A stretch of 64,000 nt of DNA from Bilabrum cf. latius (Eukaryota). Positions 51,901 to 63,904 of this stretch are shown here, piece after piece. Below the pieces are notes generated by a model. That model did not search any database. It had not been told where the DNA came from and saw only the letters and a list, made by a program, of their open reading frames with translations. Made by a program: the position numbers and the translations under genes. The DNA lies in NCBI GenBank assembly GCA_965178125.1, contig OZ237741.1, forward strand, positions 248,001-312,000. Direction: 5' to 3'. How positions within the stretch are numbered: position 1 is the stretch's first letter; each line of letters opens with the position of its first letter.

Positions 51901-53521
51901 TGCATTCTTTGGGGTGACTGTCGTGGACGAGCGGCTCAAGGTCATTTCCGCAGGCCGCAGAATCCTTCGATCGGGATGGCGAGCCATCGCTCTCGCCCGC
52001 CGCATCGAGTTCGAAGCGCTAAGGCAGTCTCCTCCCCCTCCCATGAATCCGAGCTGGAAGCGCCATTTGGAGGATCTCTCGCTGCAGGCGAGAACCATGA
52101 CTCTCAGGGATGCGCAGTCCGCGGCCGCGCTGTCTCAGGCCAAAGACGCGCTGGAGGCACAGCAGAACCTGCAGCGGATCCGAGCCGCGCCGCCAGGGCT
52201 GCCCGTAGAGAGGGAACGACGCCTAAGGGCGCGACTCGCGCAGAGGCAGGTGCAGGAGATGCGTGACAGGCGTCGCAAGGACACCCGAATGGCGGAGGAG
52301 GACGGCTGGGGCGTGGGCGCCAAGGGGCTCCTGGAGGCCGGAGAGCTGCACGCTGCTGACGCTGCTGACGCTGCTGATACTGCTGCTGCTGCTGCTGCTC
52401 CTGCTGCAAAGGATAGTTCGCAGCTGCTGTCACCGGGTGGCGTGAGCTCCCCCACCGCTGGTTCTCTGAGCTGGCGCACGCCCTCCAATGCAGGCGGGCA
52501 CGGTGGCCGATTCGATGTCACCACGCCGGCCAGTGCGTCTTCATCCGCATCCAAGGCCGGCAAGGCCCAGGTGTTCTTTCGAAGCGACCAGGATGACACG
52601 TCGGAACCCTCTGAAACCGGTATCGGGTCCAGATCTCAGCCAGCGGACACTCCATCCAGCACACGGTCCGGCAGGGCACTTAGGAGACGCATGTCCCTCG
52701 ACCCCACGGACGGTGCCACGGGCGTCTAGGATGGCCTGGGGGCAGTCGTGGAGGAAGGTTCAGGGGAAAATGCAGCGCACGGTGGTGCCATGAGTGCAGC
52801 GGGCAGGTCTATGCCGACCGATTCTCTGCGGCTGAGCTCGGTTGGAACCGACGGCCCTTAGAGCACTCGCGCAGGAGGCAGCTCGCATTCCGTCCGCGCA
52901 GCAGCTCAACACGGGCACGTGCACGTGCACGTGCCGGGAGCCTCTGTGAGGTCTCTGCACTCGGTCGCGGGTGAGGACGAGTGGGAGCCCCTACAATCTC
53001 GGGCAACCTTCCGCAAGACGGCTGCGTCGCCCATCGGCACGGACGGGGCCGGGTCCGGCGGCGGCATGTTTGCCGCCCGAGTCGGTTCACCGACGAGTCG
53101 AGGCTCTTTAAGGCGGAATTCTTCGCTGGTGGAGGATGTTGCGGAGGCAGACCACGACAACGAGTTGGGCGCCTTCCTTGGCATGCTAGATGACGACGAC
53201 ATGCTGCTGTCGGGGAGCGAGGGGGAGGAGGAGGGCGGTGAGGGAGAGGGGGAAGGGCTCCACGACGGGCTCTTCGATGGCAGCGACTCAGAGGCAGCGG
53301 AACAAGGAACAAAGGGCCGTGGAGGCGGACATAGGCGCCGGGGTGACGAGTCCGCAGACTCTGATGACTCGATGGAGGGCATGCAGCCACGCAGGGGTAA
53401 GGGCAAGGGTAAGGGCAGGCGGTCGTCATCCTCCGACAAGGATCCGTCGATCGTGCTGCGGGCGCTCACGCGAGCGTTCGATGCCTCGAGGAAGCAAGGT
53501 GTGCTCAAAGCTATCACATAA
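39947..53521 (+). CDS. Giant single-exon hypothetical protein, 4,524 aa, with Sfi1-like Arg/Trp helical segments and disordered linkers
   Basis: Sixteen ORF-track fragments (40166 to 52919) share one frame. Manual reading of every gap found about 35 TAG and no TAA/TGA. An in-frame TAA lies just upstream of ATG 39947. Ends in TAA. Confidence 0.8.
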
Positions 53522-53789
53522 CCCCCGACGGGTGTACCCTTGTGGGACTCTGGCGCGCTGCGGTATCTTCCTTTGGATGGCCCTGTTCGTGCCCGGTGCG
53601 TGCCACTGAATGCTTGCTCGAGTGATTCAAATTTGCACTGTAAATCACAAACCCATTGTACGAGCACTGCGTCCTGTGCAGATCATGTGCAGACTCTTCC
53701 TAACCGTTCTGTTCTGCTCCCAACAGCCTTTCTGTCGCAACGAGACACGTCGCCATGCTGTTGCGCATCCACGTCTCTCTGCCTCAGTG

Positions 53790-55067
53790 TTATCTGTGGT
53801 GGAAAACGACAACGTCTCCGTCTTGCATGACGTACCCCGCACCCTCGCTGCGCATGAGGCCCTTCTTCTTCGCGGCGGCTTCCGAGCCGCACTCCAGCAG
53901 CACGTCCCAAGCGATCACGTCGGCACGGATGAAGCCATCCGAGATGTCGCTGTGGATGGCCGCCGCCGCGTCCTTTGCCGTTGTTCCCTGTGCGATTGGC
54001 CACGCCCTAGATTCCTGCGGCCCCTGCGTGTAGAAGTTAATCGTCCCCAGCAGCCCCTGCACCTTGCGGATCACCTCGGGCAGGCCCTCTGCCTCGGCAT
54101 CCAGCCCCAGCTCGGCCATGTACTCTCGGCGAGCCTCCACCCCCTCCTCCCCCGCCCCCAGCTGGCCCAGCTCCGCTTCGAGCTTGGCGCACACCATCAG
54201 CACGTCAGCGAGGGGCGCTTGTGTTCCCTCGCTGGCATCGATCCCCTGCGCCTGCTCCTTTTCACGGAGCAGTGCCACAGACTGCTCCATCTCGTCCTAG
54301 ATGGCGGCCTTTGCCATCGCCGTGAGCTCGTTGCCACCAGAGGCAAGCCCATCCTCGTCCACATTCAGAACGTAGAGCACGGGCTTTTGGGTGATCAGGC
54401 CTAGCGTAGGCCAGGCGGATTCGTGGCCCTCGGGCAGCCTGCCTGCCAGTTCGAGGTGCCGCGCGGGTGCCCCCTCCTCTAGCAGGGGCTTGACGGCTTC
54501 CAGGCATGCAAGCACGCTGGCTTGCTCCGCTTTCTTCTTGCCTTTCTTGCTCATCGATTCCAAGCGTTTCTCCACGGACTGCAAGTCGGCCAGCACCAGC
54601 TCCGAATTGATCACTTGGATGTCAGCCGCCGGACTTAATCCGTCCTCAGCATCCACATGAATAACATCTTGGTCCTCGAAGCACCGAACCAAGTGCAAGA
54701 TAACACTACAACCCCGAACATCAGCGAGAAACTGGTTTCCTAATCCTTGCCCGGAGGCCGCCCCCTTAATAAGACCGGCAATATCTGTAATGTCAACGCT
54801 AGTAGGGACGGTCCTTTCGCTGTTGGCCATCTTGCCGAGGGCGATCAATCTAGAGTCCAAGATGGGAACGCTAGCCGTTTGCGCTTTGATCGTGCAAAAC
54901 GGGTAGTTTTCGCTTGCAGCGGCTTCGCTCTGCGTGCAAGCGTTAAACAGCATGCTCTTGCCAATATTCGGCAATCCAACGATTCCCGAGGACGCAAAGC
55001 GCCGAGACTTCCACGCGACCGAAATCAACTTAGCATTACATCTGCGAATGACTCGGGATATCAACAT
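53790..55067 (-). CDS. ychF: YchF/OLA1 Obg-like ATPase, bacterial/organellar type with presequence
   Basis: GIVGLPNIGKS, ENYPFCTI, DIAGLIKGA..G.GLGNQFL, HLVRCFED, NVDE, TGS domain (RAW, AAIHSDI..GFIRA, EGAGYVMQDGDVV.F). The two ORFs join through TAG 54297. Ends in TAA. Confidence 0.93.
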
Positions 55068-55170
55068 GTATCGCTCTGTGCTATGCAAATAAGCATTCAA
55101 ATGCAGCTGTTGCCTTTGAGCCCCAACGAACCTTCGGGCCAAAACGGTTCGTTTTGCCCTGCGATCCTGA

Positions 55171-56955
55171 TCACTGCCCAGCGACTCGCAGCATATCTGG
55201 AATGCTGGTAATCTTCACCCTCGGTCTGCCTTGCGGCTCCCCCGCGGCAGCCTCGGCAGCATCAATCCGCCCCCAGCCGTTCCAGTCCACAAACCCGCTG
55301 CCCTGCGAATCGCTCGTCACCATGCCACCCTACAGCCTCTGCCTCAGCGCCCCCAGCCGAGCACCCTTCTCCTCGTTGTTCCCCAGCCGCCCCTCCGACC
55401 AATCCTCCAGCACCGCTCCCGCCGTTTGCTTTGCGTCCGGAATGTTTGTCCCGATGATACCCGTGGGGCCTCGCTTGAGCCAGCCAGCGCAGTACAGGCC
55501 CCGCTCTGCAGAGGGCGATTCGGGCTCCTGGCCGTCCCCTCCCTGTTCCCCAGCCGCCGCTCCATCAGCCGCCACGGCCCGGGTCACCCGTCCGCCTGCC
55601 TGCCGCACCACCCCCCTCCACTCGTCCCAGCACGCCAGATCCAGGCCGGGCACGGGCTCGGACCTGTACCCGATCGACGTCAGCGCCATCCCGCAGGGAA
55701 CAACTTCCTCCTCGCCGGTTGCAACCGCCTTCTGTGCCCCCGCGACACCCTCAAGACCCGTGATGGTGCACCGCACCCCGGAAAGCCCCCCCCCGCTGCC
55801 GCCCCCCACAAACTCAACGGGGGACAGGAAGAATCGCAGCCACACGCTCCTGGGGATGCCGGCCTGCTCCGCTGCATCCACGCTGGGAAAGCCCCCTTCT
55901 CCCTTGGAGACCTTCTCCAACAGCGCGTCCATCCTCTTGCGCGCCCGCTGCTGCTTGATCTCCTCCATGCTCGACTCGGTACGTCCCTTGGCGAGGTCCT
56001 CGGGGCGCACCACCGCCGCGGCTCCCTCCAGCCTGGTCAGCTCCCTGAGCTCCTTCATCGTCATCGCGGCCTGTACGTGTCCGCGACGCCCCAGGACCTG
56101 CACTCTCCGAACCTTCGATTCGGCGAGAACCTCCAGGGCGTGGTCGGCGATGTCGGTCTTGCGCAGCTCGTCGAGCGATTTGACGAGCACTCTGGCGCAG
56201 TCCACCGCGACGTTTCCCTGCCCCACAATGGCGACGCTCTCTGCCTCTGATCGGCCCAACATCTCGGCCATGCGGGCGGTCTCTTCGGGTGAGCTGAAAT
56301 CGGGATGACCGTTGTACCAATTCACGAACCGGCGCGCTGACAGCACCTCAGGCAGATCTTCGCCAGCTGCTCCCAAGCTGCGGTCGGACTGGGCGCCGTA
56401 CGCGAGCACCACAGCGTCGTAGGAGTCTCGCAATTCATCCAAATTTACATCTTTGCCAAGCTCTACGCCGCCAAAGAACCGGAATTGCGAGGAAGGCGCA
56501 TCAGCCACCACCGCGGAGAAGTCGTTTGCTACGGATTTCACTTCAGGGTGATCGGGTGCGACCCCGCTACGCACCAGACCTGTGATCAAAATAAAATAGC
56601 GGTGGAAAGAAGTGGACTCTTTGCCACAGCAAGCATGGGCATCCAGTCTAAGAGCTGCCACAGCATCAACTTGGCATCACTCACCAAAAGGCGTAGGCAA
56701 TCGATCGATAACATCAACTTCGGCTCCATCGCACTATGATAGCAAGTACTTGGCGGTATAGAATCCACTCGGGCCACTGCCAACCACGCACACCTTTGGA
56801 GGCGATGCTGCCGCTGTCGACATCATCCGGCCGTCTTTGCGCAGGTCGAAACATCTTGTAGCTGTTGCAAGTCTAAACGAGGTGTAAGATCGAGCTACGG
56901 ATTGCGATACCACAGATACAAGCCTCCTAGATCGCATTGCATGCATACTATTCAT
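55171..56955 (-). CDS. FDXR: Mitochondrial NADPH:adrenodoxin (ferredoxin) reductase
   Basis: VVGSGPSGFYTA, LPTPFGLVRSGVAPDHPEVK, WYNGHP, GQGNVAVDCAR, GRRG, SIGY, GWLKRGPTGII. The C-terminal VDWNGWGRIDAAE..GRPRVK lies after TAG 55330. Intron 56684-56580, second TAG at 56734. Ends in TGA. Confidence 0.93.
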
Positions 56956-57072
56956 TGCGTAATATGTGGATTGCCCGGCCGGGACACGTCTCGAAGGGGT
57001 AAGGTGCAGTTATTGAGTGGTTGAATGGTCGCACGATGACCACGTTTTTGGCCAAATCTCGGTAAATTTGCA
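56956..57072. promoter_or_regulatory. Putative bidirectional promoter between FDXR and ferredoxin
   Basis: 117 bp separate the divergent start codons. Inferred from geometry only. Confidence 0.5.
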
Positions 57073-57788
57073 ATGCAAGCTGTATTAAGGGGCGTTCGAG
57101 CTACGAGTCGAAGCATCACAAGAACATCTACGCCAAAATTTGCATCATCAGCCCGTCTTGTACGCGCATTCAGCGCATCTGGTTAGACAACATGCGGATT
57201 GAGTTTTGTAGCTGGAATTGGCACACCAATGCAACGATATTACAGTGTACGTCGTGGTGTATTGCTTATTGATAATATGCTGGATCGGCTTGCAAGGCAA
57301 CTGCATGCTGATGTTTCACGGCTGGCTGCGGCCAAGTTACACAACCCTAGAGGGGCGTCTTGGCGTGCTCCCAGCCCTATAGTTTGCCCGTACTCTCCAC
57401 TTGCTTGCCGGAAAAGTAATTCTTTATTTGATCTTTCTCAGGTGTCAAGCGATCGGAGCGGGTAGCAATCACTTTCTTGGACAAGGATGGCAAGGAGACG
57501 GAGGTGAAGGCGGCCGTGGGTGACAGCCTCTTGACCGTCGCGCAGGAATATGACTTGGACGTAGAGGGTGCCTGCGGTGGAGAGTGCGCGTGCAGTACCT
57601 GCCACGTAATCATGACGCAGGACGTCTTCGAGTCCCTGCCGGAGGTGACGGAGGAGGAGGAGGACATGCTGGACCTTGCCGCTGGCCTCACCGACACGAG
57701 CAGGCTGGGCTGCCAGGTGTTCGTGACCCAGGAAATGGAGGGAATGCGAGTCCAGCTGCCCACCGAAGTGTCCAACATGATGGACTGA
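57073..57788 (+). CDS. Mitochondrial [2Fe-2S] ferredoxin (adrenodoxin/Yah1 type)
   Basis: Arg/Ser-rich presequence exon 57073-57181, intron 57182-57441, then EGACGGECACSTCHV, EEDMLDLA and SRLGCQ. Ends in TGA. Confidence 0.93.
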
Positions 57789-58243
57789 ATCTAGCCTCCC
57801 CAGGTCTGTGCGTCCGTGCTAGTGGACGGGATGAGCATCATGCCTCTAGGTGGGCGGTCGAAGATATGGACGGCTCTTATGATATTTGAATGTATGCAAG
57901 GCACATTAAATGCTTCTTCAGATGCACACTGTTCTGGGGGTCCATGCATTGAACTCGCCGCGTCGCGATCGCGCCATCATGTTGGCGTGCGGATTCAACC
58001 ACTCAGCCTGCAGCATTCCAGGCCTACATGGTATCGGCGTATGCGCCGTCAAATCAATTTTGTTTATCGCAGCTTATCAGCACACAGCACGACAAGCAGG
58101 TAAGCACTGAGCATTCAATCCCCCAACTGCAGGTGCAGCGCACTGTAATGCACCTGGTTGCTTGCCGACTCTGGCTGATCCTCTCCGAGTCTGGCGTACA
58201 CTGCTCAGTCAAATCAGCATGGTCGCTCGATTCGAACTTTGAT

Positions 58244-60721
58244 ATGGAGGCTGCAAGAATCGTGCCGGACGGGGCATTCCACGGAAGGCAGCAGGGTTCG
58301 AGGCGACCGCAGCTAGAGCAACAGTCACAGGCGTCCAATTAGGCATGCTTGTCACCGCAACTGCAAGCTGGACTATTTGTGTTCAATATTATGGTCGGCT
58401 CTGGTGCGTTAGCGCTGCCAAAGATATTTGGTGAAGCCGGCCTGGCACTTTCAACAGTGTTTCTATGCTTGGTGGCTGCTCTCTCTATTCACACGCAACA
58501 TCTTCTCCTGGAAGCGCAAGGTGTTGCGGCAGTTCTGGAAGGGCTTCGTCAGCAGGCCGGACAGAGTTCAGTGGGGGGTGACGTCCTAAATGCGAGCGCG
58601 CTGCAGCGATACCAGCGGCCATGGTCGTTCCCGGCGCAGATAGCTAGCATATGCCGTCTTTTGCTACCGCCATGGGGTGTCTGGATTTGGTATACCATTA
58701 TCATTTTATATTTGGTTCCAGATCTGGCTGTGTACTCTGTGTTCGTGCCTGCGACGGTGGCGCACGTGTTTCCCGGCGTGGAGCTGAACGGTTTCATGGG
58801 CAGGGTTGCCTCCAGTCTCGGAGCTCCGAAGAGCAATGGTACCACGGTGGATCATAACGGAGTATAGCCGCATGATGGTGCGGTTTTTGTGTCGGAGCAA
58901 GCGGTGTACGGGACCACGCTCCTGCTGCTCGCACTCATTGCAACCCCGCTGACTTTCTACTCCTTGAAGAAAACGACGGCACTGCAGGTTGGAACCCTGA
59001 TGACTAGGATTGCCGTTTTTGGTGCAATGACAGCCTGTGCGCTGTACTTTGCGATCACGCGGGATTTCGGCCGGCACGGTGAGTCCGAGTCGGCCGAGGC
59101 GCTCGACGCAGACGATGCGGATGAGGCCGAGCACGCAGGTGTTACAGCAGGAGCTGTCGACACCCACGTCATTGGGGGTACAGATCCCCTCAGGGTGTAT
59201 CAGATGTTTGGTCGAGAACTGCGCGATACTGTCTCGAACAGCTCCTCAATTGCGCCGAACTCTAGCGCCAGCATCGTGCCCGATCCCGATCCCGCCCCCG
59301 GCAACAGGTTCCACCCCAGCCACCTAAACCCAGATGGTGACCCGGCCGAGCCGCGAGTACGGCTTTGGAGAATGGCTGGCTTGCCTCTGCTCTTTGGAGG
59401 GGCTGTGTATGCCATGATTGCACAGCAGTACGTGCCTAGCCTGTTTGCTGGCCTGGGAGCTGCCGTGCCCAAGGCGGGCGAGCACGGAGCACCCGCTCAG
59501 GGCACATCGGTCGCAACAACGCAGAGGTAGGCTCCCGATGGGAAGGATGCAGCAGAACCAGAGAACAAGCCAGACCGCTGGTACGCCCGAGGCATCGTGA
59601 TCAAGGTGATCGTGTGCGTGCTGGCACTCTACCTCGTGGTCTGCTGGTCGGCTGTGTGGGCGTACCATGGTCTGGTGCAGCCCGAGGAGGGTTGTGACGC
59701 GCACACCACGCACGCGTGCGGGCTGCAAGACCTGTACATGTTTGGTTTCGGTTACGTGCGCCCGTGGGAGCTGTCTCGGTTCATCCTGCTGGCCCCTCTG
59801 CTCTCGATGCTCTCCTCGTTTCCACTTATTGCCATCACGCTGAGGGACTCTCTGATCCTGCTATACCTTCAAACCTGTGGGAGGAGTATTGCTAGCAACG
59901 CCAGTGAGGGCATGGTGCTATCCATCCGAAACGCTGGTGGAGGCTCTGGCACCGCAAGTTAGCTGGGTTCGGGGAACCCCCCAGGCTTAGATGAGGAGAA
60001 CGCTGGCAGTACCACCGGCCCGAATCCGTCTGCTGGTATTGAGATGCAGCGAATAGACGGCGGGTAGGACTCTTTCGGTGATGCGAGTAGAGTTGCCGCA
60101 TAGGGAGTCGCGTTTGGCGGAGCTGGGGCCGCGGCCATCGCCGAAGATGAAGACCAGAACGGAGAGCACGATCGTGACCCGCTCGTGCAAGCCGATAGCG
60201 GTGGTACCGGCTTGTCCCGCGCGGTAGGGGTGGCCAAACTCGCGGCCCAGTTGGCCGACGAAGCGGTTTCCGAGCTAGTCACGGCCACCGCCCCCCAAGC
60301 CTCCGCGGCCTCCATGCCGTTCAGCGTGAGGTGCGTGGCAGCGCTGGTTGCAACCGTGCCTGGGTACTTGGTCGCAAGTTGGACTCGGAATATTGACGGG
60401 CTGGTGGAGGTGACGGGCGCGTTCGGGGGCGCTGCGATCATGTTCGTTGTGCCTGCCTTGCTGGCAGCTAGGGCAAGGGCCGTGAGGGCGCGGCTGCTGA
60501 GCGCATGTGATGAGGCCGAGAAGAAGGGTGGGAGCCAAGGGCAAGGATACGGGGCGTTGTTGACGCGGGAAGCGGCTGTGCGGGTGAGGCTGGCGGTGCA
60601 TCACGTGGCGGATGCGACCAGGCCGCCGGAGTGGCAGCGATCCCTGGCTGGAGTCGTGATACCGCTCTTGTTCGCGGCGGTGTGCCTCGCGGTGAATTTG
60701 TGGACTTTGATCGCGGACTAA
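58244..60721 (+). CDS. Amino acid transporter, AAAP/SLC38 family (TMEM104-like)
   Basis: LFVFNIMVGSGALALP, DLAVYSVFVP, LFGGAVYAMIAQQYVPSL, SSFPLIAITLRD, VTGAFGG..IMFVVPA and multiple hydrophobic segments. Four ORFs join through TAG. Ends in TAA. Confidence 0.8.
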
Positions 60722-60858
60722 TTTCTTTTTGGTTCTGGCTGTGGTTGGTGTCAGCGCGTTGGTTGAATCGTTGCCAGCAGTGCCGAAGCTTGTAGCGTGC
60801 GGATTCGTTTCTCCATCGGCGGGCTGGCGATCAACACTACTGCAGTTACAAACGACGG

Positions 60859-62213
60859 ATGGCCGGCGTCCCTTTTACTGATGATGACTTTGAAGAGGAT
60901 CGAGTCCCTCAAGGCTCCCGCAGGCTTTCCGATGGCTCGCTCCTAAACTTCCGAGACATCAAAATGTAGAAGGAGATCGGACGTGGAGCCTTCAGCCATG
61001 TCTACATGGGAACTTGGCGGGGTCTCAAGGTTGCTGTCAAGAAAATGAGGCTTCCTAACAGAAAACTAGGGAAACGATCTGCCGAAGAGGATGAAGAAGA
61101 GCCAGATACGTCAAAGTACTTGGTAACCGAATTGGCAGTCCTGAAGGCTGTGCAGCACGAGCATCTCATCAAGTATCACGGTGCCTGCATTCACAAAGGA
61201 CATATTTACGTTGTGACGGAGTGAGTTGCCTGGGCTAAGTGTTGTGCTGCTTTGGCGTATTCCATCGCTGCCGTGCGAGACTCTGCAAGCTTCAACGCCG
61301 AGTCCCGCGTGCCGTTGCTTGCTCTCACGATGACAATATCTTGAATAGTTGGTCTTCATATCGCAGGTTGCTCGACGGAGGCGATTTGCAGCGCGTGCTG
61401 AACAAGGCACCCGCATCGCTGCCTTGGCTGCGCCGCGTGCAGCTTGCAAGGGACGTGGCAGAGGGAATAGCTTATCTTCATACCATGGAAATCATTCATA
61501 GAGATATTAAGACGGAGAACGTGTTATTAGATGACAAGTGGCGACCCGTTGTGGGGGACTTTGGCTTCGCAAGAAAAGCCGAGCAGGCGAAGGCGATGAC
61601 CATATGCGGCACGCCCGCTTTCATGGCCCCTGAAGCAATCTGGGGCGAGGAATATTCGCAGCTGGCGGACGTGTTCAGCTTTGGCATGATCCTTGCGCAC
61701 CTGATCACCCGGAAAGAGCCCGGCGAGAAGGGTTTCTTCGTCAGGGAGCCCCGCACCAAGTTTGAGCTCAACATCGACGAGATCGACGCCGCTGCCGACG
61801 AGGGCTGCCCCGAGTCCCTCATGGACCTGTGCAAGCAGTGCCTGGCAAAAGAACCCGACGACAGGCTGGAGAGCTCCCTGGTGCACGAGTGGCTTTCGGA
61901 GCTTCACGCCGAGCTGCTCGACGAGGCGGGCGAGGGCGCGGAGGACGCAGAGGACATGAAGGTCTCTCCCAGCAGCATCATCAGCGGGGAGGAGGCTCTC
62001 GGGGCAGCAGGTGATAAGGCGGGTGGGGGTGCGGCAGCAGAGCTCTCCCCGGAAGACAAAGAGAAGCGAGCACGTGCCCTGGCGGAAGCAGCGGCAGCAG
62101 AGGCGGCGATGGCCATGGCGGATGCTGGCGAGGCGCCCTTTGGCGCTGCGCACGCTTAGGTGGCATCGAGCGGCGACTTGGGCTCGCCTGTGGTGGGAGG
62201 TGAGGGTACATGA
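60859..62213 (+). CDS. TKL-group protein kinase (LIMK/TESK-like)
   Basis: IKM*KEIGRGAFSHVY, VAVK, HRDIKTEN, DFGFAR, ICGTPAFMAPE, DVFSFG. Intron 61221-61366. TAGs at 60967 and 62157. TGA at 62211-62213. Confidence 0.9.
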
Positions 62214-62401
62214 TGGGAGGTAGAGGGAGGCCGACGCGTTACCTGTAAAGGTGCCTGTCGAGCCCTCGGGGTGACGGATCCGCTCCATCATGCGCTGCAC
62301 TGCCAGCTTCCGGTTCTGGCAGCGCGGATGCTGGGTGCGTGCATTATTTAGCGATCGATATGGGAACGATAGAAATAGCAGGCTTTACCATCACTGAGGA
62401 G

Positions 62402-63904
62402 ATGGTTTTCTACTAGATCTTAATCGCTGCGTTTATACTTGTCGCCACTGCCGTGGTTTTCAAGATTTAGCAGCACAATGCGCTGCCGCAAGATGCCCGA
62501 GCCGTCATGCAGCAGAACGAGGACCACGAGTAGAATGACGGTGTTGAAAACGCGCGTGGCGATCAAGACGACTGGAATGCCGAGCATGACAGCGACGAAG
62601 ACGAAAGTGGCGAGGAGGACGATGGAGACGATGGAGACGATCGCGACAACGCTGCTGCACTGATGAACATGGGTCCCAGGGCCCGTGCAGCTGCATTGAG
62701 AAGAAGGGAGCGGGCCCATCGGCGAGAGATGGTTCGCGACATGAGGCGCGCCATGGTAGAACGCAACAACGAGGCCGAGCGAATCCGGCTGCAGCGCATG
62801 GAGGAGCGGGACGAAGAGCAGGAGGAGCAAGTTCGAGAGTAGCGAATCCAAGAGCGCGCCACAAGAGATGCGTAGGAACGCCGACTGTGGAGTGCTTTGG
62901 AGGCACTGGGCCTGGAGCGCGCTGATTGCCTCACGTCGGTGGCAGCAGATGGCACCCTGCTGCACAGAGCCCCACCCCAGCAAAACGGCACCTAGCGATC
63001 GCACCAGCCGTCTGGTACTATTAGACCCCCGGGTCTACCCGGGGGTGGTTCCTATTCAGGGGTGAATCCACAGAGCCTCAGGCTGGGGGCAGTCGCCCTG
63101 GCGTCGCTTCGCAGCCGGCTGCAATCGACCAGTGTCGCCGGCAGCAGCAGCAGCAGCAGCAGCAGTCCTACTGGCAGTGGCAGTTCGAGTCTGGCTGGAA
63201 ATGGCAAAGCGCTGATTGACATCCCGGAGATAGCTGGCTGCTTGCTGCACGGCCACGGTGCCCCCGACAGCCTAGCTGCTGCCCTGTCAATCTCTTCAGG
63301 TCAGGTAAAAGCCGGGGTGGAAGTGGCAGCATCAGTCTCTAGTATTGGGCATGCAGGAGCTAGAGGGCTTGCAGCTGTCATTCGGAGCATGGCTGAGGGC
63401 GCGGAAGCGTTGATACATTCTGCAACAGACTAGGCTATCTCTGCCACAGGGTCGAGAGACAGACCAGAAAGTGCTGTTGAGCCAAGTCAAGCCGATGCCG
63501 CTACGAATCACTTCTCATCGCCAGCAGGCGCCTCCACTCGAAGTGCGGCTGGCACTGATGCTGGCACTTTCACCGGCTCACGGTCGATAGAAGCACAAAC
63601 ATTTCAAAGCCTTGGCTCCGAATGGCACGCCGTGCTTGCTGACGCACCAGTTGGTAGGCTAGTCGGCTGCACGCGAGCGGCGCTTCAGGCATGGCTTGCA
63701 ATGGAGCACCCCGGAAATGGCAGCTCAAGAGGCGATGCAACCAATGAGCTCTCAGTCAGTGCTGGGGCTGCAGGGAAGAAAGGTAAAGGGATTGTGATTC
63801 CTAGGTCTGGGATCGATGTTGACGCGGTGCATGAGTGGATGCTGCGCGATGCAACACCGGCAGTCGGGACCGATGCATCGGCAGTCGACCGACCACGTGA
63901 TTAA
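62402..63904 (+). CDS. Hypothetical N-terminally membrane-anchored protein with acidic and coiled-coil segments (500 aa)
   Basis: MVFY*ILIAAFILVATAVVFKI*QH, then an Asp/Glu-rich stretch and an Arg/Glu helix. The frame is open apart from TAG up to TAA 63902-63904. Confidence 0.6.

Noticed and set aside
63025-63046. 10-bp inverted repeat acccccgggt-ct-acccgggggt
   Set aside because: It lies inside a CDS, is low-complexity GC, has a 2-nt loop and has no U-tract. It is likely chance.
62402-63904. DDRGK1/UFBP1 identity for the last ORF
   Set aside because: The architecture (TM, acidic, coiled coil) is similar, but there is no DDRGK motif or clear PCI domain.
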